DNA from: Raja brachyura
Taxonomy: Eukaryota
DNA length: 64,000 bases
Direction of reading: 5' to 3'
Assembly: GCA_963514005.1 (NCBI GenBank)
Contig: OY740812.1
Location: 10,602,001-10,666,000, forward strand
This document shows positions 1 through 12,791 of the stretch, in pieces (position 1 is the first letter of the stretch; each line of letters opens with the position of its first letter). Both the position numbers and the translations under genes were made by a program. The notes below the pieces were generated by a model. The model did not search any database. It had not been told where the DNA came from and worked only from the letters and a program-made list of their open reading frames with translations.

Positions 1-1296
1 TTTAATGTTTCTTGGATCTTCTTCTATTAGTTGTGCAATTATAAATTCAAGATTCACAGTCACAAGGGAGACTACCTTAAATAGAGTATAATTAATTTGT
101 ATATTTTTAATAGTTGAAGTTTGGTTGCCTTTATATATGTGGTTATTTATCTGTAAATGTTAAATTATTTGTACTTATTTCAAGTGAAATTCTTAAAAGT
201 CACTGAGAGTGCTCCTACTTGATCAGTCTTGGCTGGATTTAAGTCTAGATGTTTGGTGAAAGGTACAAAGTCTAACTCGCTGCACATTCAGATCCCCCAA
301 GTAGAATTGTTAAGCAAGAGTCCTGAGTCATTCTTCATTTAATTGTTGTTTTGGCTGGAGAGCTTTGTAAATTCCAATGTACTCATCAGTTTTTGGCTTA
401 ACCATAGAAAGTCCACATCATCTTAAAATTGTTCAGCTGTTTTCATCTTGTATTTTCTGCATGCATTTTAACTCCTAATATTGTATAGCATTCTCTTACA
501 GTGCACCCATTGCTAGCCTTGAGAATCACTTGCTTTTGATCTCATATCCTTGATGATGAAACATAAATGTCATAATTTCAGTAGCGGAAATTATTCAAGT
601 ACATAAATTGCATTTTGGAGGCAAATTATTTTTGGGGATTTGTTGATTATGATTGAAACTATTAAACAAATTTCCTACATAATTACCTTTGAATTTAATG
701 TAGCAAAATTAATTAGTTGCTTAAATGTAAAATAGATTGTTTAAAAATAATAAAAGGTAAATTCAGTATATTTAGTAGTTTCAAATATATGATTTTTTGC
801 TCCTTTGAAATGAGTGGAATTTTTCTCTCTAGTTTCAAGCTAATTGTCTTTCTCAAAGAATTGTAGAGTGGCCAGGTAAAGCTACCTGCAATAATTGTCC
901 ATCGGCAGTAATTGATGGTCTAGCTTAGATGTGTCAATGAATGGTTGAAATAGCACAGCGCTCCCTCTGCAATAGGAATTAATGGCTTGTTCCCCTCAAG
1001 TCTAAGATGGTGCTTTATCTGGTTCAGGAGAACTGATCACGTCAGTAATGGTCTCTGCTACTCCATTGAAATGTGTCGAGCCCCTACGTTAAGAAGAGGG
1101 GAGCAGATAGTCAGTAGAAATCATTGGGCATTTTTACTCCAATGCATTGTCTAGTGGTTCTTGCTACAAAGTACGTATTATATACTCGTGCTATATCTGT
1201 ATAGCCAGTTATTAGCATAACAACCATAAGATCAATCAATATCTTGGCAACATTCCCTTCTCATGCACACCATGTACCAGACAAGCTGTTATATCT

Positions 1297-1497
1297 AAGA
1301 TAGACACAAAATGTTGGAGTAACTCAGCAGGACAGGCAGCATCTCCGGAGGGAAGGAATGGGTGACGTTTTGGGTCGAGACCCGAAACAGCACCCATTCC
1401 TTCTCTCCGGTGATGCTGTCTGTCCTGCTGAGTTACTTCAGCATTTTGTGTCTGTATTCGGTTTAAACCAGCATCTGCAGTTCCTTCCTCCACATTT
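1297..1497. mobile_element. Penelope-like terminal repeat, fold-back insertion in NSF intron
   Basis: ~80-bp inverted arms centred on gggtcgagaccc, plus a one-sided tail. TSD caagctgttatatct (1282-1296) / caagctgatacatct (1498-1512). Confidence 0.8.
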
Positions 1498-2032
1498 CAA
1501 GCTGATACATCTGTCGGTTTCCCACTAATGTTCGGATTTGCACTTCAACATTAATCTTTACTACTTCTATCACGGTTACTAAAAAGTAGTATTGTAGTCA
1601 TGTCTGTTTGCCTTATGTGTGGAATGCCTTCATCTCTGACAGCTGAAATTCAGTTGATGGCGTCAGAATGCCTTTTAGTTAGAACTGATGCCATTAGAAG
1701 AAGAGGAGCAAGTAGGGAACATTTGGGAGAAGACTTCACTAAAAAGTTCCAGTTTGCTCCTCTGTGTAAATATTTGTTGTCAACACCTTTGGCACAAGTT
1801 ACCTCAGCCACCATTGAGTTGGTGTTTTAACCTTTAGCTCCAGAATTCAGGGTAGAGGAATGTGAGCTCAATGTTTAAGGATGTTAGTTCCTTAAACTCC
1901 AGGGCTTGATCAGTGCTTTCTGAATGTAGGTTTTCATTTGTTGCTCTTCACATTGGCTGATCACATCAGCAGATTATGCTACTTTGTTTATTTACAGGCA
2001 GTAACATCATATCTATCTTGGTTATGTTTCAG

Positions 2033-2088
2033 ATGGGACCTGAATACCGTGTTAACAAGTTTCTGTCTCTCCTGAAAGAAGAAGGAAG
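2033..2088 (+). CDS. NSF: NSF (N-ethylmaleimide-sensitive fusion ATPase), penultimate coding exon, 56 nt
   Basis: Acceptor gttatgtttcAG at 2031-2032 and donor GT at 2089-2090. Translates MGPEYRVNKFLSLLKEEG, matching the vertebrate NSF C-terminus (human MDPEYRVRKFLALLREEG). The position tail-to-tail with WNT3 matches known NSF-WNT3 synteny. Confidence 0.9.
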
Positions 2089-2342
2089 GTTGGTTTCTTT
2101 ATTTTTGTTTATGTAACCCTACCACCTTGCCGCCCATTTCTTGACTAACTTCTATGTATTGTGGGCAGCAAAATATTTTGGATTGACTGAAATGTGTTGA
2201 GCAAACTGGGTGTAAAAATGCTCGGGAAAAATATTGAAATAATTGATTCGGAGTTAACAAACAACTTATGAATTGCCCAATAACTGGAAACTACTTCCCT
2301 ATAATATTTCTCAGTGCGCTTTCTCTTGGTTGTATCTTACAG

Positions 2343-2373
2343 TGACCCTCATCGCCGGGACCATTGGCAATAA
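2343..2373 (+). CDS. NSF: Candidate NSF terminal coding exon A (adds SDPHRRDHWQ*)
   Basis: Pyrimidine tract gctttctcttggttgtatcttacAG (AG 2341-2342). Phase-2 join gives a short tail ending at TAA 2371-2373, followed by AT-rich UTR-like sequence. No recognisable protein homology. Confidence 0.4.
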
Positions 2374-3496
2374 AAACAGGAAAGACCATTTGGTCATCAC
2401 TGTGAATCACATCTAACGAAGAGGCACCAATTGGTCATCTAAGAAGAAAGGAATCTTGAGTCTAAAGACCCTTAGCATTTTGCATGCTCCTTGCAAAGAA
2501 ACTTCTCTTAAATGTCTTAAATTAAAACAAAAAATATATATATATATATACAACATAGACATCAGCATTCTTGGTTTTATTGATTTTAGTATTGGACATG
2601 CACCAGGCATTTTTAAGGATATTTTCACTTGTTACGATGCAGATCAGGGATTCCTCTTCACTGCACTTCAAATCTTAGACCTTTTAATGTGAACATTGTT
2701 TTGTTCAATTGTGCACTTATAAACTAATTGACGTTGTCGGAAAGATAAGCATTGAAATTTGCAATATGTTGGATTGGTCTGTACGTGTACGATAAAAATG
2801 TATTGTTTTACTGGGATTGAGAGAGGCAGAAAATCACACAACAGGGATTTGCATGCAATTTTATTCCCATATGTACGGCTTGGCTGCAATGGTGCATCCT
2901 TATGTGTGTGGTATTGCTGAACTCCCTTTGATTCTCACAAACTGAATTTACTTCAGACAGCACCTGTTTGATGCTGGTCAGAAGTTTGACTTTCTATAAG
3001 TAAAATTCCAGAGATGGTATCAGTCTTTCATCCTTGTGTGTTCTTAAAATGTCTGCAATATTGTTTTAAAATCTAATGAACTTACATTTTTCTTCTCAAA
3101 ATTCTGTCCACAATTTGATGGAGCCTACTTTTTTTTTCAAATGTACAATATAAATCAAAGCATTATTTTTGACACACTTAAATATTCCAACGCTTTTGTT
3201 ATTGTCGTTCTGCCTGTGTGATTGCAATGAATTGTGACTATGCTATTTGGGGCCATCTGTGAAAAATGTTATGCACTTGACCCTTATTTTTCTGTCGCTC
3301 CTCTTCCCTCCCACTCCTGCATTTGTGTGAATCAGATTCAGTGCAGATCTCAATCACGAGAATAGATTCTCTCACCTATCCAGCATGTACAGCTGCAGTC
3401 TAGGTGGACAGGACAAATCACAATTGATGCAACTCTGGAAATATAGAGTAAGCTAATTAGAATTGTATTCTATTTCTGGTTCCCTGTGCACTACAG

Positions 3497-3530
3497 GAGC
3501 CATGGGTTGGAAAGAGGATTCATTGTTTGA
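3497..3530 (+). CDS. NSF: Candidate NSF terminal coding exon C (adds RSHGLERGFIV*)
   Basis: Acceptor ttctatttctggttccctgtgcactacAG (AG 3495-3496). Phase-2 join ends at TGA 3528-3530, followed by ~1 kb of repeat-free UTR-like sequence ending at AATAAA 4555. Confidence 0.4.
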
Positions 3531-4554
3531 TTTGGGTAATCATCACATTTGTTTTTGGGTTCCAGAAATATTTTAGCAAAACTTTCATGTTTCAAACTTT
3601 TTTTGAAAGAAAATTTGAAGAATAATGCAGATCTTCACTGCATCTCTCTTGGTTGGCTGCGTGCAAAAGTAGTTACAGCTCCTAATCATAACACATTTCC
3701 TGATGCGTCAGATGGCACTGGGAAATCAGTGCCCAGCCAGGCTTGGTATATCCGTACATCTGCATCCAAGCACTTTGGAATGTTATGGTGCTTTCAGGCT
3801 GTGTAAATGATTATCCCCTTCTGCAACCATTACTTTCAGTGACCAACAATGATACGATGCAAATGTTGCTGTGAAGAGAAATCATGATCCAGTATTTGTG
3901 AGTGTGCTTCTGGGCTGCTGGAGGATAGTTAGGTTGCTTAGTGTCTTCTCACTTTATCCTCGATCTTCAGCCCACAATCTAGGATCTGTCATTTTATAAT
4001 GCTGCAGATTCTACACAGGTTAATTATTATACTCAAATTACAGTGTAAACCAATAGGTGAGTCACAGTATTACACTGTGAACAAAATCCACCAGAAAAGA
4101 TTGGGCCAAGACATTTTCTTTTAGCATTTTCCAGCATTCTGTGATAACCAATTGAAGTTATTGTCCATTGAGCAAGTTTGAAAATGATACAATGGAAGTG
4201 ATCAAACTAAAACCTTGAATGCAGATATCTACTGATAAATGTTTTGACACCTTGTTTGGAGAAATGCAACTTTATTTCATGACTATTTATTTCTGTGCTG
4301 TTTCCAATCTGTAAGTATTTAAAAAAAAGAATTGTTATAAAAAAGCTTCTGTGTTGAGGTGAAATATTGGTGTAAATTAATGGGCATAAGCATGGGCATC
4401 GTTTGATGGTGCTTAAATAGTCTCATAGATCTATGGCTCATCCAATGTCCCAAGTTATAATGAATTCTGTTCTACCGTGATGTAAATCTTTTTACAGTGA
4501 AAATGTACTGTTATTGAAAGCTGTTTAATGTAGAGTTGAATGCAGCTGTGATGC

Positions 4555-4560
4555 AATAAA
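4555..4560 (+). promoter_or_regulatory. Candidate NSF polyadenylation signal
   Basis: AATAAA closing an AT-rich, TGTA-rich, repeat-free stretch. A second AATAAA lies at 4645-4650. Confidence 0.45.
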
Positions 4561-6574
4561 GATTCAGATGACAGATTTTGTTGGATACCTTCTGTTTGAA
4601 GCGTCACCAAAGCTGTGAACAAAAGCGCAGAAATTTGAAATAGAAATAAATAGCACATGACAAAGAATCTTGAAGTACAGTGTAGATTAACCAAAATGAC
4701 ACCTGGACTCCAAATACTCAGTTAAAGTGAGATTGCATAAACTACGATTATATTCTTGAACTTCGAGTGCTTAAGAAGTGATTTGAAGTTTAGCGCATGA
4801 AGGAGTTGTGTTCCTCGAAAACCGTCCAGTCATTTTCACAACACGCACACATGGAAAGAATTGACATTTGGTTGGCTTACCGTGTTTGTTTCTCAAATTG
4901 TTTCTCAAATTCCATAAATGTGAATTTTTATGTCATATCTCAATTTCTTTTTACTTGTGATTTGTAATTTCCATAAGGGTATAATGTTCCATTACCCAAA
5001 TTGCCATTACACAAAAAAACAATACTATGGAGTTTCAGTCTAACTGTCCTATTCCTGCAGGTTGGAAAGTCTAAAACTACAGGGACTCATCTAAAGATTA
5101 GAGCCATATCTCACGGACTTGAAGTTGCGCCAGAATTCTTCACAAAGATATGGATGTTTAAATGTTCATGAGTCTATTGGCAATCTGTGACCTTTTAACC
5201 CAGGTCAAAATTGTTCACTTTGGTGAAGATGGTACTGCAGAGAAAAAAGGCTGTTGTGCTTCCAGTTCGGTATAGTTTGTCGGAAAGAGTTTAATCACTA
5301 ATAGTGATGGAACTGCTTACATTTATTTCTGTATAGAACGAAAGTTGATTGTCCTCCATTCATATATGGAAGTTGTCAGGGCCTTCAGATCTTGCAGATG
5401 GAGGTAGGGATTAAAATCTTAATTGCCACATAACAGGGAAAGAGATGAAAGGGTCTGATTGACATTTTCAAGAGTGTCAAAGATTAGGCCAAAGAATCTT
5501 AACAATGGAAGTATACGTTTAAATAAATGTTATGTACTTATGTGGTAGATAATAAACTCATATAATTCATGGCACCAGGAATCAGTGCAAATGGTTTCTT
5601 GATGGTCAGTCTGGTCTCAGTTGGCCAGAAAGCATGTTTCTGTGCTCCATGATGATGCTAAAGACTAAGGACACATGCAAGCTGCTCTCATAAGAAACAG
5701 GAATAGATTCCAAGAAGCACCATCTTGTGCAGATGCAAGGTGGGTTGGTATAATGCCAATGAATAGGTTTGTGAGACTGGAATTAACTTTGCCTGGTAGA
5801 GTGGGTTCTTCACAATCCTCCCAAGCAAAGGTGCATGCTCATAGATTTGTGTGGTTCTGTGCAATATCTGCAAACTGATTTATTTAAAACTGCAAAACCT
5901 CAAATCATTAGTGAGTTGTGCAATGGGAAATTCCATTTTTAGTTGTTCCATTAATGTCTGCCTTTCTCTTGGATGTAACTGGTCAGTAATCTCAAAGCTG
6001 TCTGTGGTACTTTGCTACCGCAGAATCGGTGCCATTTTGAGCTGGATATGTTTCTACACTTCATTGCCAACACACTGTACACTCATTTTGTATTTCACTG
6101 AAAGGAGCCATGCAAATGGCAGCAAATACTGATACCCACTGCTTGTTAGCCCCTAACAGTACTGAAACAACCAGGGAAGCCGAGTATTGAAAGAAATTCT
6201 ACAAAGGCGAAAAAAAGAGCAAATCAAATTAATTGCCAAAACAAAAGGCTGCAGGGCATGCAGGTGCTATTCTGTTCCACTTGTGCAGTTCATCTGTTGT
6301 TATTGCCAGTGGCAAATATTTCAGAAAATATTCAGTAGTAACGTAATGAGGCTGGAAAATCTGTGTCCAAATAAGGCCTGCTTTTTAAAGCCAACCTTTT
6401 TCAGACTGTTTGCATTTTAGTTACATACAAATGAATCGGTACAAATCCTCAGCTTGATGTTAACGCATTTGAATCCAATGTAGTATTTGCATTTACCCTT
6501 TGAAGAAGCAGTGTGGATCTTAGCCAGAGGTCTGTCACTGAAGAGAAGGTTATAAAGAAAAGAGCCACAAAATG

Positions 6575-6777
6575 TGTAGGAAGGAACTGCAGACGTTGGT
6601 TTAAAACTAAGATAGACACAAAATGCTGGAGTAACTCAGTGGGACATGCAGCATCTCTGGAGAGAAGGAATGGGTGATGTTTTAGGATTGAGGGTCTCAA
6701 CCCAAAACATCACCCATTCCTTCTCTCCAGAGACGCTGCGTGTCCCACTGAGTTACTCCAGCATTTTGTGTCTTATC
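6575..6777. mobile_element. Penelope-like terminal repeat, fold-back insertion
   Basis: Inverted arms plus tail. Perfect 14-bp TSD agagccacaaaatg at 6561-6574 and 6778-6791. Confidence 0.85.
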
Positions 6778-7949
6778 AGAGCCACAAAATGGTTTAGAAT
6801 CAATGTACGTTCATGAGGAAAATTTGATCCTAGTTTTTGGGGGAGATTTTCAGACCAGTCATACTTTATAGGTGTAGAAAATATTACATAAATAATTTAA
6901 ATTTACATTGCATCTTTACTGAAGTGAAATGTTCCAAGGCAGTTAACACAGGTGTTAACAGTAACATTTGACACTAAGCTGAAAAGTTATTAAGAAAGTT
7001 TACTGGGAAGCTTAGTCAGTGCCAATTATGAAAGAGAAGAGGGAGAACATGATGGCGTGGTTCAGGGAAAGAATTCCAGAACTTGGTGCTTGGCTGCTTG
7101 ATAGGTAGCCATTGGCTGTGTGATTTAAAATGGTGGATGTATGAGGGACAAGAATTGAAAGATTGGAGATAGTTCATAGGTAAGAATACTGGTTTAAATG
7201 AGTTATTCAAATCGGTGAGCATGTGAGTACTTGGTGAACAAGACTTGATCAAGTGGAAATACAGATTAAAATGTTCATGAGCTCAAGTTGAGAGAGGGTG
7301 GAAGATAGGAGTCAAACCAGGATGGCATCCGAAAATAACTTGGAGCTAACAAACGCTGTAGCAAATGAAACAGAAATGGAGTCGGATGCATTTATGAAGA
7401 TGGAAATAAGAAGCAATAGTCATGGCAAATATGAGTTTTGAGATCAGTCAAATTGAATTCAGATTTGGAGAAAACAGAACAAGTCACCTGCACAGGTTTG
7501 ACCAAGAATCTAATACAGTTCTTCGCTACAGTGAATCCAGAGGGAGGAGGTTACCTTTTCCAGGTGGAAAGTAGAGGAACATGTATTGTTCTTCATAAGA
7601 TTGCAAGGAAGCTTAAAAGACATGTGTTAGTAATGATAGTCGTACCATTTGGCTAACCCAAGGTGAAAGCCGAATTCCAAAAAGTTGGAAGAAGTACACC
7701 ATGTTTGTTGTGCTTCAATAGAACTGTATAACAAACATCAGCAGTCTTCCATTGAGAAAATAAAAGATCACCATGCACCAGGAACTAGATGAGAGCGCAG
7801 AAACCGTGGCTGAATTAATTGGCAGAGGTATGAAGGAGAGGAAATAACACTGGCGTATTGGAGTTGGGATAAGAGTAAACAACTGAAAATGTTCCAAAAG
7901 ACATGTTCTTGCTGATGACTAAGAGGAACTGAACTGAGGTGGAAGGACA

Positions 7950-9320
7950 GATGGAGGGAGCGATCACCATACCAGTGGAATTCCCAATAACCCATGTTAT
8001 CCAGCTCGAGATATGCAAATAGCCAACATGATGAGGCATTGCACAATCTGAATATGGCGCTGAAGACGATTGAAGATGTTATGTCAGATCTGAGCAGCAC
8101 AAAGGTTTTCATTGTGCTGGATGTGAAGAATGGATATTGGTAAATTGGGCATGACAGCGGTTTGTTTCTAACGACTTTCAGACACCTCTTGGGAGGTATT
8201 GGGAACAGAGGAGTCTGTTTAGATTGATACCCCATCCAAAGATTTCCAGTAAAAACTATGTCAGGTGTGTGAAGGACTTGCTGGTGAGAGGACCATTGTG
8301 CTTGATGTTCCAGTCTTTGGAGAAGACAAACTGGTGTACAGCCAGCAATATACCTGAACAGAAGCAGGGAGAGACGCAATTGAAGAGCAATCTGCTGTTT
8401 GCATGGTGAGCCATGTGGTCTCACAGAGGGACAGCAACCAGTCCTCATGAAGGCAGTAATGGAAATACAAAGTCTGATGGACATTGGTGGAGTCCACCAT
8501 TTCACAGCGTTTATCAACTGCATAACCAAATTGCTGTTCCATTTGGGTGAGGTGAACATTGTCTGAGAAGGAATGAGATTGGGTGGTGTTGGATGGGCAT
8601 CCAAGGTCCCAAGGAATCAGAGATGGCTACAGATTAATTGTACTGATTCAATTAGGGAAAGAACTAATGCGTCAAACACCATAGAAAAAGGCCTGGAAGC
8701 AGCTAATCTTTCACAATGGCCAACCAGTGAGTGTACACATGTTAAGGTCTGATAGCTGCTGAGGCACACTGGTTGAATTGTCAAGCCCAAACGTGTCTGA
8801 CATTTGTGCTTGACAGGTTCATCAATACACATGGAAGACGTGCACATTGCAGACGGATCACAAGCCCCTGCAAGTGAGGGATCTTCGTCTCATGTAGTTT
8901 CCCTGGAATCTGATGTTAGTGGTTGCAGACATAAAGTACTCAGACTGTCTACAGCCCAGGCAGTGAAGTGTACACCTAGAATATGGAGTTGTTCATATCC
9001 TGCAGAAAGGAAAGTTCAAAGGTATTCAAGTTCACAGAGTTTTCGTTAACGAACACTGAAGGGACGCCCTTTTACAAAGCCATTGATAAAGAAGCTGTAA
9101 GAATTGGATGCATTTATGAGAGAATTAGCAGAGAAGTGATCCTAACATGTCCTGCAATTCTATATGCAAGATGAGCACAGAACTTATGAGGGATTGTCTA
9201 CTTTCAGAAAAACAGTGGTGGTTCCAAATCCAGGACATTTGCTCAATACAGTACATCTGGAAAAGGCATTGAGGTGTTTGAGAAGAGCTTGTGAATCTCT
9301 GTACTGACCAAGAATGATGG
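7950..9320 (+). mobile_element. Decayed Ty3/Gypsy LTR-retrotransposon pol remnant
   Basis: Interrupted + strand motifs in Gypsy order: RT (TIEDVMSDLSSTKVFIVLDVKNGYW* and LTTF-TPLGRY, ~8060-8200), thumb-like (~8450-8550), RNase H TDHKPL (~8850-8870), and integrase zinc-finger-like CLRRACESLY*P (~9275-9310). Many stops and frameshifts; no LTRs identified. Confidence 0.75.
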
Positions 9321-9529
9321 ACCCCAGGGCTTGTGCATTCATTTGGTTTTCCTGGAGTTCTAGCAGCAATAATAAATAATTTTGTTGTAATAAAAGTCAA
9401 AATCTGAACTCTAATAAAGAAGTGGATATATAATGAAAGAGGTGAAATTACAGAGGTTCTGAGCATCAAATTTCAGTCACTACCAGCTACATGTGTGATG
9501 TATAGGATTGGAGGATTGGGAATTATCAT

Positions 9530-9810
9530 GGAATTGTACAGCACAGAAAGAGACTAACCAAGTCCATGCCAACTCTCAAGCACCCACATGCATTAATCTC
9601 AAATTATTTTCACAGAAATTCCCTCCGCATTCTAATACTCACCCTATACTCTTGCCGACTTATACTCTTGCCAACTTATACTCACCCTATACTCTTGCCT
9701 TTTACCAGCTGATGAGGATGACTTTGGGATGTGGGAGGAAATGGAATAACTGGAGGGAACCCACACAATCATGGGAAGAAGAACATGCCAAAGTCCACAC
9801 AGATATTGTG
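9530..9810 (-). mobile_element. Degenerate SINE (same family as 36680 and 49405) with internal tandem (tatactcttgcc) expansion
   Basis: ctttgggatgtgggaggaa...ggagggaacccac...aaagtccacacaga resembles the SINE core. Short duplicated units at 9634-9700. Confidence 0.5.
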
Positions 9811-11520
9811 CTGTTTAAAGAAGGAGAGAAGGAAGTAAGAACAGACCAGTTAGCCTAACTTCTGTGATGGGTAAGTGCATGGAAGTAATTCTGCAAGGTG
9901 GTTTGAAAGTGTGGTAGGTGGCAAGAACGCTGAAGGGTTCTGGGACATGGAATTCTGGCAAAGATGCCCAGATCGTGTTCAAGAAAGTGGTTTGTGAGAT
10001 AGGTCTTTTTTTTAAATGCAATGGATTTGATAGAAGACCCTGGTGCTGGGCTTTTCTTTTGCCTGGGGAAATCTCCTCCCTACATCCAATGTGGCACTGA
10101 GCTGCATTCCTGTTGATGATCCTAGAACTCATGAGTTTGAGTTGACCCCAGTTTGCGTACCTGAAGTGGTGAGAAACTGTTTAACTCCAAACAACAGAGA
10201 GTGCCTCTGTTTGATAAAGAGGTTGGGAAGGGCATGCATTCGTTTTCTCAGTTGGCTTCAAGTTTGAGGAATGTCTGATCTTCTAATAATACAGTCTGCG
10301 CTGTGGGCTCATTTGGTGTCTGAGGATAGACTTTTGGTCTAAGGATTTAAATATTGGTACTTAATGTCCACAGAACGCTAATCAGAACAGACAATTCAGA
10401 TTCAGGATAATTTATTGTCACATACACCAGGGTGCAATGAAATTCCTAGTTCACATGAAGCATATAAGAATGCTCCTGGATTTGGTGCCAGACCTGGTAT
10501 TCTTATCAATGAGTTACAGCCCAGGATCCTGTGTCACAGGAACCAGGACACCCACCAGACATCCTTTGGAAGAGTCTGGCAGGAGGTGGCTCCAGCTATC
10601 CCCTCCAGCTGTGAGAATGTTCACTCATTTGAGCAAGATTTATGCCCTCATGATACAGCACAGCTGGAAGCAGTTCTACCGAGCAACTTCAGTGAATGGA
10701 TCAGGGGTTCAGTCATTGCGGTGATATGATAAGTACAGGTGGTCCTACAGAAGCATGTGAGGGATGATTAGGTGATACCTGGGCTTTGGGCTGATTAGTG
10801 TTGGTGTGCAGAGAGGGTAATTCTGCCTGGATTGGAGTCCTTGATTTAATATCTTTATGAAAAGGCTCTGTCGCACAGTCCCTTATTGCCCAGGCACTAA
10901 ATGCCTCCCTCTCCTGTTATTTTGGGAGAGGTGGCTGTTGGCATTCAGCTGGGAATTCCACCGGCTGCCTTCCTCATCCTTTGCCTGTTTCCGCTCTTAA
11001 GCCTAAGCATCAGGTCCCTCAGGCGTGAATTTGTGAGGATGTGCAGCTTACAGCACACAGTCCGTGATGATGAAAACTTCCCCACCAGCTGGGCATGCAG
11101 TGCAGAGCAATCTCTGACAAGCTGCTGGAATCACAGTCTCATTTCCAGAAGTTCAGTCACATTCTCCAGAGGATCTGGTTGTAGCAGAGATCAGCAACTG
11201 CCGGAGGACTGAGAGTTAGACAGAGGAGTCGGGGAGGTAGAGGGTGACCATTGTCTCCTGTGAACCATCCTCCTGATGGGGTTGGTTGGGGAAAATGTCC
11301 AGCGGTTTCTTTTCTCTGTGGAGGAACGTGTCTAGTACATTCCCGGGAAGTGAACGTTTTCCATCGGAAAGTTTTGTGATGATCCACAATTAAAGTAACT
11401 TAGAGGGAGTCCGGTAGATCAGGGCAAGGGCAATCTGGCAGAGAGATGAAGCTAAGGGTTGATCACCTACAATAGCATTGAAAAACAGTATTGAATTGGA
11501 GGGATTGAAGACTGGTCACA

Positions 11521-11614
11521 TCTGAAGAAGGCCCTCGACCCGAAACGCACCTATTCCTTTTCTCCAGAGATGCTGCCTGACCCACCGAGTTACTCCAGCT
11601 TTTTGTGCCTATCT
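11521..11614 (+). mobile_element. Penelope-like terminal repeat fragment
   Basis: tctgaagaaggccctcgacccgaaacgcacc...gatgctgcctgaccc...ttactccagc. Confidence 0.75.
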
Positions 11615-11702
11615 CCTCTTCTTGCGTTCTCCTGTGGGAGCGGAAACCTTTTCTGTTGAGGAAAGGGGCGTTTCATTTTTAAGGGCAGCCCTTACAGATA
11701 CT

Positions 11703-11798
11703 GTCTGAAGAAGGGTTCCTCGTCAAAACCCCATCTGTCCATTTCCCTCCACAGATGCTGCCTGACCTGCTGAGTTCATCCAGCGGTTTGTTTTGTGC
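11703..11798 (+). mobile_element. Penelope-like terminal repeat fragment (divergent subfamily)
   Basis: gtctgaagaaggg...ccacagatgctgcctgacctgctgagttcatccagc. Confidence 0.65.
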
Positions 11799-12324
11799 GA
11801 GAGGCCAGGCAGTGGCTGTCCGCACTTGCAGGAAGCCCGCAGTGCTGAAGCCTTTCCTGCAGTGTTTCACGTATCTCAACCATCCACAGTCCAAGTATAT
11901 GTCTCATTATCTGGTTAGAACGTGGTGTCTCTGAAGACTCATGGTCGGTGCTTCAGAGATAGCCACATCTCTGCCTCCTTCTCCAAAGTCCTCAAACTGT
12001 CCTGAGTCATTGCCAAGCTGATGCGACCAGAATTGCCAGCGGGGTCACCTCTGAGTGAGTATCAATACTCACCCATTGAATATCTGCTGCTGAATGCTGC
12101 AAAACCCGTTTCCTATTCATCTGACAAAACTCTGTGAACTTTGGAAGGTGTTTCAGCAGCCTGCAGTTGGGTTTAAAACAGTCCTGTCAAGTGACTCAAT
12201 GTTAGGAGATGTAGAGTAAATGCTGAAAATACAGCGGCTGCTGAATACCGGTTGTGTTTTAAAGCCCCAGTTTATGATAACATTTGAGAGTGAGCTGGGT
12301 CTACCTAGCAATGTCATCACGTCA

Positions 12325-12432
12325 AAAATAGACACAAAAAGCTGGAATAACTCAGCAGGGTCAGTCAGCATCTCTGGAGAAATGGAATAGGTGACGTTTT
12401 GGGTCGAGGCCCTTCTTCAGACTTCCTACACA
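12325..12432 (-). mobile_element. Penelope-like terminal repeat fragment
   Basis: Reverse-orientation copy with caatgtcatca duplicated on both sides. Confidence 0.75.
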
Positions 12433-12785
12433 CAATGTCATCAAGTGCCTGGTTTGAACCTGACAGAGTATTTGAGATTCCCCACCAGAGTTGATGCTCC
12501 AGATTAGTACCCCATTGGCATTAGTGCAAAGACAGTCGATAGGAACAAGACCAGGCTCATCAGTTAACCAGCCAGCTAACATTCCCTGCCTCTCCTACAT
12601 GTGAAGAACAGCAACTTCAAACAAGGGCAACCAGTTGCAGAAGACCTGTAGAGGAGTTGGGAGTTAAAAGTCTACCAGTTCAATGGGACTGAGAAGAGCA
12701 GTAACATTATGTTCAATCACAATCAATGAGTTTGGGTGTCCGGGTAAGAAAGAGCAGCACACCAGAATACACTACATGAATAAAT

Positions 12786-12791
12786 TTTATT
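12786..12791 (-). promoter_or_regulatory. Candidate WNT3 distal polyadenylation signal
   Basis: tttatt on + strand. The minus strand continues tgtagtgtattctggtgtgctgctctttctt, a GU/U-rich downstream element. Confidence 0.55.

Noticed and set aside
7768-8604. Longest ORF in the track (278 aa, - strand)
   Set aside because: No recognisable motif. It is antisense to the decayed Gypsy RT, whose motifs are on the + strand.
9870-11400. GC-richer stretch with several 70-115 aa ORFs
   Set aside because: No protein motif or exon structure could be supported. Probably old transposon debris, left unassigned.
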